From positions 2,852,001-2,916,000 of the forward strand of contig CM106585.1 of assembly GCA_048013815.1 (NCBI GenBank): 64,000 nt of DNA, given 5' to 3'. Shown here one piece after another: positions 55,319 to 64,000 of the stretch (position 1 is its first letter; each line of letters starts with the position of its first letter). Made by a program: the position numbers and the translations under genes. A model generated the notes under the pieces. The model saw only the letters and a list, made by a program, of their open reading frames with translations. It did not search any database and was not told the DNA's origin. Source of the DNA: Setoptus koraiensis. Its lineage: Eukaryota > Animalia > Arthropoda.

Positions 55319-56143
55319 TCATCTTCGGAAGGTTGATGATAGATGTTGCGGACTAGCGCAAATATGGGCGTTGATTCGGTGAATATCTCGTTGAAATTGT
55401 TCAACATCATCCACTGATTCCCGGAGTTTCCCGGTTGGACTATCAAAAACCAACTTGTGTCTCAACTGTCTGAGCCGATTATTTGTACTTGAGGATTTTT
55501 TACTCTTTGGTGTGAGAGTAGCATCATTTTCTGTGACTGGAGCATCTACTCTACAATTAACTTGTGTTTTGATACTATCAGTGAAAACTCCAAATGGGGA
55601 GTATAATTTTGCAGAGGCTGGAGTACAAACTTCATTTTCAAGCTTTTCAAACTCGGGAGATCCATTTTGTTTACTCTTGAACTTTTGAGCAACACTATTC
55701 TTGACATCACGCAAAATGACTGTAGGATGTCTAAATACTGCATATTTAGCTTTCTTGTCATTCATCATGTTGCTGATTTTCTTCTTGGTTGGTGGTATTT
55801 CAGCGGTTTTCGTGCTTGTTTCAGAGCCCTTGGTTGCACCAGATGTTGTTGGTTTATTTGAGTGGCCAACAAACGAACGAGTTTCCTTGATGGTGAACTT
55901 TTTGCCAAAAGCATGAGTCATAAGTTGCGATAACGATTTTGATTTGGTGGCAGTCTTTATCGGGTCGTCGACACTATTGCCTGTTGCGTCGCTTTTTAGG
56001 TTTTGCTGTTGTATTTCATTGTTGTTTTGCAAAGATCGCAATAATTCATTGTTGGCAGTAACAGCATTTTGACCTGTCTGATATTCAAGAACATCTCTAT
56101 TGTCTATGTTGACAGCATTAACATAATGATGGCCAGTTTCCAT
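55319..56143 (-). CDS. Uncharacterised basic, Ser/Thr-rich protein (274 aa from the first ATG at 56143; the ORF track extends it with a TTG start at 56230)
   Basis: Open frame of more than 900 nt in an AT-rich region; mostly disordered-looking with SP/TP sites and a C-terminal KLYSPF...KLVFDSP...helical segment; family not recognised. Confidence 0.65.
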   Translation of the reverse strand: METGHHYVNAVNIDNRDVLEYQTGQNAVTANNELLRSLQNNNEIQQQNLKSDATGNSVDDPIKTATKSKSLSQLMTHAFGKKFTIKETRSFVGHSNKPTTSGATKGSETSTKTAEIPPTKKKISNMMNDKKAKYAVFRHPTVILRDVKNSVAQKFKSKQNGSPEFEKLENEVCTPASAKLYSPFGVFTDSIKTQVNCRVDAPVTENDATLTPKSKKSSSTNNRLRQLRHKLVFDSPTGKLRESVDDVEQFQRDIHRINAHICASPQHLSSTFRR

Positions 56144-56926
56144 TTTGAAGTTCCAGGTAATTCCTGCAACAACTATTGTTGCTATAGGCGTTATTTTAGT
56201 TGGACGTGGGATGAACAAATGCTGCTCCAATTGATTTTATGAGATATTGTTCCGAAGGAATGAGAAAATCATTCACTTTGATGGTTTTCAAGCCACTAGT
56301 AAAACTGACCACTTTTGCACGTCCGAACTCGTTCGTAGATCGCGAATGACAATGAATGAACGATCTTAAAATTACAACGGTTTATCTGGTACATTTACAG
56401 TGGATTCTGTTCGTAATTACCCTAGAATTCTCACATTCCAGGGTAAAGTCCCCAAGTTATTCCCTTTAAAATGAGATTCGTGCGCCTGCTCCCTACGGGA
56501 CATTCCAAGTGCATTGTCGGATGGACGGGACTTGAAAGAAGGCGTGTCAAGGGAGTGTTTACAATCGCAAAGGTGCGTCTCAGTTGAAATTATTGCAATG
56601 ACGGACCTAGAGGAGATCAAGGGAGATGATGGGGTACATTCATTCGCAGACTGCAGTCAGATAATGACATCGATAGAAGAATTGAATCCAATTGAACAGA
56701 CACAGTGCAGTTTCAACAGCAAGCTCGCCCGGCCCACCATCATTGTTTAGCCAGAATAAGATAATAACGTTGCTAATAAAACGTTATAATCCTTATTATA
56801 ATCATTATTATTATTAATATTATTATTCAGAATTACAACCGAGACACACAATATCTAGCAACATTAATATATAAATGTATTATTAGGACCACTAGCTTAT
56901 TTGTTAGATAGCTGAATAGGATCTAA

Positions 56927-59059
56927 ATGACTTCAACTGTTTATTATTATCCAACACTTATAGTCGAAAAGGTGCAACAAAGCTACGCAAGTGCCAAATT
57001 CTATCAATTCTATGCAGTCGCTCTAATTCTTGAAAGAGTTATTGAATGTTTCAATACTTTAGTAAGCGATGATACTGGCTCTCGTCACCTCCCGTCTATA
57101 ATGTGGCTGAGTGTCAAATCAAGTAGAATCTTTGAGAATGACCTCTTCCAAGAATTATTTCAAGAATGCAAAGCATCTGTATCAGACAAACCTTTATCAC
57201 AAAATATTAAAGCAAAATTGGAAAGATTATCCATTGAGGCAAGGACAAAATTAGTACGACGTGAAAAAGATGGTTGTCCACCGATATTTGTTGCGGCCAG
57301 GAAAGGTAATGTCAGCATTGTGAGATATCTTATAAAAGATTGTAATGCAGATATCGAACAAAGGGGCCGATATGAATCTACAGACGATCAGAGTGTTCAT
57401 CAAGTATCGCCTCTTTGGGTGGCAGCTGTAGCTGGCAAATTAGATATGGTCAAATTATTAGTGCAATCAGGTGCAGATATAAATTCAACCTCCAATACTG
57501 GCTCTACACCGCTTAGGTCCGCTTGCTTTCTATGCACCGAAGATCAACAATCATCCAGTCAACATTTTGAAATAGTGAAGTATTTAGTAGAAAATAAGGC
57601 AAATATATCGATTCCCAATCAAAATGGGGGTACTTGCTTAATTAACTCCGTGCAAAGTGTGCAATTAATTAAATATCTTCTAGATAATGGGGCTTCCATA
57701 GATTCCTGTGATATGCAATCGAAATCAGCCCTACATTACGCTATCCAAGAGGGAAGGTTAGAAGCTACCAAAGTTTTTCTTAACAGTGGAGCCAATCCCT
57801 ATCTAAAGACAAATTTCGACGATGATGCTCTCCAGATATGTTGTCTCAAGGCATTTACAGAGATATTCGAATATTTAATAACTAATGTCTCATACACCAA
57901 GGAAAGAATAGCTGAAGCTCATGAACTAATTGGATGTTCACTTCTAGATGAATACTTTGATACAGCAGCAGTAATTTATCATTGGAAAACTGCTATTGAC
58001 ATCCGTAACCAAAACCCAGACGGCCCTATTAAAAAGAGAGGAGTCGACCATGATATAGCTTTAGACCGTTACAGGCACAGGGCTTATCAAGGGTGTCAAG
58101 AATTCACAACGGCTCAACATTTAGATAGTCTTGATTTAGACGAACTACGTATTCAATGTTTATTAGTAAGAGAGCGTATTCTCGGCCCACTACACAAGGA
58201 AACTATACAAAGACTTATGTATAGAGGTACGGCTTATATCAATTCAATGCAACCGAGGCGCTGTATAGACTTATGGATTTATGCATGCAAATTACGCTTA
58301 AAAAAAGACACGATGTTTCATGTGGATGCGGCTTTATCCCTTCAGTCCTTGGTAAAATTGTTTCTTGACTTCTTCGTTAATACACCACCTAACGAGGTCA
58401 CTGAGCTCACCTTCGAGGACGTCAGTGATGTTATTGATTTAATAACTAGTCAATTGAAAATCAGTATGGAACTACTCAAAATCAAACCGATGCATAGTAA
58501 GCACGAGGAAATCTTTGACTTGATGCTGACTATACTTATGCATCTCATTTATATTATTCAAATAATGCCAGATCTAGAAGAAGATTATATTAGAACAAAA
58601 AATCAAATGATTAGAAGATTAATTAGGATAAACCCTGTAACTTCACAAGGAGACTCTCTATTACACCTCGCAGTTACCAGGATACCCTTCGATAACAATT
58701 ATTCAACTAGCTTATTTTTTCTGCCAGACATTGAGGTTGTCAAATTGCTACTATCGTGTGGATACAATGTGGATATCCTAAATAAGAAGAAACTGACGCC
58801 ACTTCAACTTGCATGTGTCCATCCCAAGTCAAACTCTCGACTAATAAAACTACTCCTTCACAACGGAGCTCATCCAGACAGGTATTTACCACCCATTGAC
58901 ATGAACAGGAACATGATAAAGTCACTGAGTGAGGCTTCCATAAAACCATTGAATTACATTACATTACAGTGCTTGGCAGCTAGAAAAATTGTAGAATATA
59001 AGATTCCAACTGGTAAAAAGCTGCCTAAGTGTTTGCAGGATCTGATCGACATACATTGA
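56927..59059 (+). CDS. fem-1: fem-1 homolog (ankyrin repeat/TPR CRL2 substrate receptor), up to 710 aa, intronless; true start may be Met59
   Basis: GCPPIFVAARKGNVSIV, SPLWVAAVAGKLDMVKLLV, GSTPLRSAC, GGTCLINSV, EAHELIG, LLVRERILGP.H..T, YRG.AY, RCIDLWIYA, C-terminal LQCLAARKI. Confidence 0.93.
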   Translation: MTSTVYYYPTLIVEKVQQSYASAKFYQFYAVALILERVIECFNTLVSDDTGSRHLPSIMWLSVKSSRIFENDLFQELFQECKASVSDKPLSQNIKAKLERLSIEARTKLVRREKDGCPPIFVAARKGNVSIVRYLIKDCNADIEQRGRYESTDDQSVHQVSPLWVAAVAGKLDMVKLLVQSGADINSTSNTGSTPLRSACFLCTEDQQSSSQHFEIVKYLVENKANISIPNQNGGTCLINSVQSVQLIKYLLDNGASIDSCDMQSKSALHYAIQEGRLEATKVFLNSGANPYLKTNFDDDALQICCLKAFTEIFEYLITNVSYTKERIAEAHELIGCSLLDEYFDTAAVIYHWKTAIDIRNQNPDGPIKKRGVDHDIALDRYRHRAYQGCQEFTTAQHLDSLDLDELRIQCLLVRERILGPLHKETIQRLMYRGTAYINSMQPRRCIDLWIYACKLRLKKDTMFHVDAALSLQSLVKLFLDFFVNTPPNEVTELTFEDVSDVIDLITSQLKISMELLKIKPMHSKHEEIFDLMLTILMHLIYIIQIMPDLEEDYIRTKNQMIRRLIRINPVTSQGDSLLHLAVTRIPFDNNYSTSLFFLPDIEVVKLLLSCGYNVDILNKKKLTPLQLACVHPKSNSRLIKLLLHNGAHPDRYLPPIDMNRNMIKSLSEASIKPLNYITLQCLAARKIVEYKIPTGKKLPKCLQDLIDIH

Positions 59060-59326
59060 TTCTGGAGTTGGAGTTTAAAATTCAACAAAATACTTGAATA
59101 GTAGAGAAAAATCTGTGATTATCATAATCGTGAGGACAAATAATCTAAAAAGAATATCATCATTACTTGAAAAATAAAAATGTGTGCAACAAAACTTCGG
59201 ATTTTCTATCATTAGACTTAATTGGACTCAGGTTATTCAAGAAAATTCTCGAAAGATAGTATTGGTTTAGTGTTAGAAAACGAGTCCCGAGGCGATACTG
59301 TGGCTAGGCTGGTTCCTCATCTATGT

Positions 59327-59383
59327 TATCGATAGAACCTCAATTAATATTTGTGTTACTTTATGATTAGTTAGATATCGATA
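59327..59383. promoter_or_regulatory. Two perfect DRE palindromes (TATCGATA)
   Basis: TATCGATA at 59327-59334 and 59376-59383, immediately upstream of the duplicated block. Confidence 0.35.
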
Positions 59384-59399
59384 AGTTGGATGCAAACAA

Positions 59400-59821
59400 T
59401 GACGGTGTTGCGTTATCCAGATACACAATCAGACACATCCACCTTGCATGACCTCAATGTCTACCAAGTATGTAAGGTTAGTAATAGAGTTTCGAAAATT
59501 TTCTTCTGGACCAATGAGAAAACCGTAAAAATAATTTAAAGCAACATAAGGCACAATCCTGGCATTATTTAACACTAGTTGATCTTGGACAAACTGGCAA
59601 TATCCTTGTGGTCGGAGAATGTATTGATACTTTGAACAGTCACAATCTACACACATTGATTGGGTATTGAACTGGAATCGGATAATTTTCTATCTCTAAT
59701 AGATTTAACAATCTCGACATAGCGACCCTTATCCTGATCCTTGCTTATTGTAAATGGTTGCTGCATCCATTCCACTTGTGCTGTCAGGACTACCTGTAGT
59801 AGTCTTGATATCCAAGGCGAT
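59400..59821 (-). pseudogene. Diverged, disabled copy of a 3' segment of MON2 (source about 47040-47480)
   Basis: Shared blocks include caaacyggcaatat, gtcggagaatgtattgat, ttgggtattgaact, ttctatctctaata, gaccctyatcctga, attgtaaatggttg and aggcgat; indels and an in-frame stop in the MON2 frame. The left boundary is approximate. Confidence 0.85.
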
Positions 59822-59824
59822 CAA

Positions 59825-60290
59825 AGCATTGTTGCAAGTCAAAGATTGATCCCTAAATATGAAATGGTTCACGAAGATGGTCCAGCTCACAAGAAGAACT
59901 TCCAGTACGCAGTTATAATCAATGGGATTTCTTATCAACCAACAACCTCGTGCGGTAATAAGAAAGAAGCCAAACAATTAGCGGCCACTGTGGCTGCTGA
60001 AGCCTTCGGTTTATTGACGAATAGACTCATGAGCGTTCAGAGGTCACTTATTATATTTCAATTTTCCTTCCATGGCAGTGCCTTCCCTGTCCAGAAAAGT
60101 CAAAGCGGAAGTGTACAGCGTACCAATCGAAAAACAACAAAATCTATCTGTGATTTATATACATGTAACGCTTTTGTTGAGTCCACACGCCATGAGGCGA
60201 TTGCTACATTATATAGGCATGGAATCGTGCTATCGAAAATAAACATTTGCTCATCTAAATTTAATAAAATTTAGACTAACAGTTATAATT
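59825..60290 (+). pseudogene. Copy of the SON dsRBM-coding end and 3' flank (source 54107-54372 and about 54415-54600)
   Basis: 59846-60088 versus 54130-54372: 6 mismatches in 243 nt. The stop TGA became AGA, and a 2-nt deletion lies at the 5' edge. The downstream flank is much more diverged. Confidence 0.9.
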
Positions 60291-60817
60291 TAACTTTACC
60301 TGGAATCGAAGGTCCAATAGTGCCGATATGTCCCATGTTTATCTCGAGCTAACAATGTTCAGAAGAATTGTTGCTAATATAGATACCCCCTAGAAAGAAA
60401 GCATGAAAGTTATATGGTTGGTTGGTTGGCAACCAAGTCAACAACCATCCTCGAGATGCGTGTGTTTCAATCTATTATTCTAGTAAGTATCAACTCTCCA
60501 ACGTATGCGTCAGTTCGTGACTTGATTTAATCGATCAAAACGCGCTAGCGAATAGAGAATCATGTTTAAATGTCTCATGAGATGAAAAATATATATTTTT
60601 GTCTATACTCTAGTGACTGCAACGCACAATGTTGAACTGAAAGAATATTTTATCATTGCAGCAACTCTCCTAGGCGGCTCCGACGAATTATTGTTGTAGT
60701 TATGCGCACATTAGGTTTCAAGGTGTTGTTCAATTGGTGTAACAAGTTTAGCGCCTAAGAAGGCTTCCGTTAGTGGATACAACTTTTATACAGTTACGAA
60801 GACGAACAGTGGACAAT

Positions 60818-62672
60818 ATGGGCAAGGAATACAGATTCCAGGTATGCGCCCCTTCACTGACCTTCATGCGGACTATCAATTTCTCATGGACTCCTTTTTA
60901 TTACGACAGGAAATATGGAACTGGCAGACGAATATTTAGTGCCATAGCAGAAAGGAGTAAATTTCTTTTGTTCATTCATTGTTCGCAGATTGTCTTTATG
61001 GGTGTTGTTAGTTATCAGCAGTTTTACAACGCTTTTTGCAAGATCTCTGTTGAGGAGCAACAAACAGTTGACAGAATGATGCTCAAAGAAGAATCTTTTC
61101 CAGAAAAATTGTTGACGTATGATCATTACTACGGAACGGGTAGATACAATAAAAGGCTGAACATTATAGGTTTCTTGTATAGCCTTCAAGGTTTTATACT
61201 TAGACTGTATTGCATGGCTAGGAGACAGCAAACTCAATTCAAGCTGCCGGTATCCAACAAGGATGTTGCGCTTACCAGAGGACGAAAACCCAATAAGAAT
61301 GTTAGTGCTTTTGTACATTACCTGAGGTGTATTACAAAGCCAAAATTGACTCCAGGCGAATACATAAGATTTTGTTTGCTTCGCCGATCATTAGGTGAGC
61401 CCTCGGAAAGACTGTATCCTATTTTGAAAGACAAATCACAATCGGAAATATTGAACTTTGATCTACTGGCTATAAATTATAACGACGGAATTGTATGCCG
61501 AGCGAAAGTTCTCAGATTTATATATGCGTTAATTTTTCTAGTAACCCCTTTGAATTTATTGGCTTGTTTCATCATGACGGCTATTCCCAAAATAACTCAA
61601 TACCATTACGGTAGTTTGCATATGGACAGCTTGGAAGTTGCTTTGTGTGAGCTAGTGAAGTGTTTAGTTTTACTTTTGCTCATCTTCTTGGACACTCAAT
61701 CATTTGTCGACGCATACTTTGGTCTGTTAGTGTCGATGATAACGTACGATCGAGTTACCATATATGAGAAGCAAATAACATATTTTATTCAATTGCTCTC
61801 GCGTCACAGCAAAGAAAAATCAAATCTATCACGCTCTAAAAAACTTGGGCATCGTAGCGACAATGCATCTATCGCCAGGGAGAGTTTCAAATGTACCTCG
61901 AACCTCAATTGTGAAATATGCCTCAATATGAAACAGAGCAATGATTCCATAATCGATAGTGATATAACGCAACCATGGACGGACAGCAAATGTTTAGGAT
62001 ACATTAGTGCTCTACATCAATTATTGTTTGAATTTAAACAGATACGGGAACATTTTAGTGGCGAATTGCATCTGTCTCTGTTTATAACATTTTTCTCATT
62101 AGCATGGTTCATCAATTCGATAGCTGTCACATATAAATGTCTCGATTGCGAACAGACCTTAACCATCAGCATGACGGCATTGTTGTCTGTTTGTTACCTG
62201 TTGTCTATTTTTCTACGAATCGTTGGCGTGGCGCTCATATCAATGAAGGTAACTGATCACTAATCAACACAACTCGTTAATATCTTAACTTATCAATATA
62301 CAATATATAATTAATTTCTCCATGTTTCTTCGCCGCATCTGTCATGGAAACAGTTCAAGAAAATCAATCGCAAACTGTATCAATTGTTGGCTCAGCAGTA
62401 TCTGTCGGCTCGAATGAGACGTAGATTTCTTCGTGAAAGTTCGAGGCATCTGCAGAGAAATTCCGCAACATCCGTGGTGCTATTCGGTATGATTCCTCTG
62501 ACATTCGAACATTTTCCAACGGTGAGTATCGCATCTGACAAACAACTTTCGCTTGATGGGACTGCTCGCTAACAAACAATTTACTTCTATTTAACTTGTT
62601 GTATTGCAGGTGATAGTTTGGCTGACCACGGTGGTTTATATATTTCTTCAGTTCGTGGCTCATGATCTATGA
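60818..62672 (+). CDS. Gustatory-receptor-family (7TM ion channel) chemoreceptor, about 553 aa; exons 60818-62248, 62354-62521, 62610-62672
   Basis: Multiple hydrophobic helices. Two phase-0 GT-AG introns (62249-62353, 62522-62609) join in frame to ...SVVLFGMIPLTFEHFPT|VIVWLTTVVYIFLQFVAHDL stop, a variant of the GR TM7 signature TYhhhhhQF. The ORF track starts it at GTG 60773. Confidence 0.75.
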
Positions 62673-64000
62673 TCTAAGTGCACATACATGGTCGCCACAT
62701 GAACTCATGAGCTTGCTTGTTTTTTGCAATCTAGCAAAATCTAGGATGATAAAGGGGCAAAACGTGATAGCTCTGGACTAGGCGAAACAGGCGCGTTCAT
62801 CAAGTTGCGATTCAATTAGCAAGTCTGCGGGGCGAATCCTATCACTTGTCAACCTAATTGTGTTTGTGCTGACTGTATAATGTATAAATACATTGTATAT
62901 TGTTGTTTTAGCAAACGTAACTAAAAGTAAATAACAAACTCGGCAAATATACATTGACAAGAAATAAAAGCAGATAATTAACTGACACCAAAAATAATCA
63001 ATCATTTTGCAGGCAGCGGAATAATGGATGCTCTAATTGAAAAATAATCTACTAATAACATTTCTCTTTTCAATTCCATTAATCACGTATTTTTTGAGCA
63101 TTGTGTCGTCGGCTAAGCCGTCACAAAATAACTGTGTGTGAGTGCAGCGGTGTGTCTAATTAATGAGTGTTTTGAGAGGACTATTTTCATCAATGCCATC
63201 ATTTTGGAGATACTAATTATCTCTAGTATCATATGTGCAAGTGTGCTAAACTAAAACTTTGATCGAGCATAACGCTCATCCATGCACCGGTATCGTTTGC
63301 AGCCATTAGTGACTTGACATTCACAAGTTTCATTCATTCATACATCATTGGGCTAATATCAACAATGGCAAGTCGATATCACTATCTAACGGTGTGTCTA
63401 ACGGGTGTAAAGTTGCTTGAGAGCTATGAGTGACGGAAACGTTAGATGCATTAGAAATGATGATCCGCTAATGGGCATAGCTTAGCACTAACTGCACTCA
63501 CTCTTGGCCGGGCTCGACATGGTCATCGGGGCCGGTTGGGTGGATTTGTGCGCGGGCGACATGTATCAAATAATAATAATAATAATCTATAGGTGAGGTG
63601 AGGTGAGATAAATTAATGATGGCCATCACATGATTGAGTGCTGACGGTGCTAGACGAGGGTCTATTTGTGGCCCATACAATAATTGATCATGTCGTGTGA
63701 ATATTGTTGCCGTTGCATGTTTGCGTCCGGTGAGTTGTATTGGCTGGCATTGAGTGCATCTTGTGACACAGGAAAATCACCAGAAATTGGCGCTAGTTAA
63801 TGACGAGCAAAAGAAACAACAACAGCAGCAACGACAACGACGACAACAACAACAACAATAACGACGACGACATGACGTTGTCGGGACGTGACCATTTAGC
63901 AGTGCATGTTAATGTGCTATATATACCGGTGTGGCGCAAATGTAAATGCATGTGGCAGGGTAGTCAGACAGAGACAGAGAGACAGAGTAAGAAAAAATTG

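Noticed and set aside
59741-60274. 177-aa ORF as an established dsRNA-binding gene
   Set aside because: TTG start, N-terminus derived from antisense MON2, and dsRBM helix 1 lost by frameshift; treated as a pseudogenic chimera pending expression data.
62364-62663. 99-aa minus-strand ORF
   Set aside because: Antisense to GR exons 2-3, whose splice sites and TM7 motif explain the region.

Overview
This is eukaryotic nuclear DNA from a compact, intron-poor arthropod genome, most consistent with an acariform (possibly eriophyoid) mite; the taxon is an inference. I found no rRNA, tRNA, CRISPR array or intact transposon. Gene order: the 5' end of a probable ABC transporter (-, runs off the window and is absent from the ORF track), FAM210A-like (+) overlapping RABL3 (-) tail-to-tail, group I PAK kinase (+, 4 exons), about 9.5 kb of non-coding microsatellite-rich DNA, a complete animal fatty acid synthase (+), MINDY1/2 deubiquitinase (+), DNase II (-), about 13 kb of GC-rich non-coding DNA, a hairy/deadpan-type HES repressor (+), a 181-aa ORF resembling the Codanin-1 C-terminus (+), MON2 (-), an RNPS1-RRM/SON fusion ORF (+), an uncharacterised ORF (-), fem-1 (+), a chimeric MON2/SON duplicate, and a gustatory-receptor-family gene (+, 3 exons). 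Most of the short ORFs listed at 12-16 kb and 32-45 kb are low-complexity artefacts. The strongest leads are: (1) an RNPS1-type RRM fused in frame to the SON G-patch/dsRBM region; (2) MON2 apparently missing about 400 conserved residues in frame; (3) a deleted duplicate of the MON2-SON block with a near-identical tract inside an old copy; (4) a hidden 15-nt terminal exon giving MINDY a CaaX box; (5) a HES protein without an Orange domain; (6) an extended bantam-complementary site behind DNase II. All homology calls come from motifs and sequences I recall, not from database searches.
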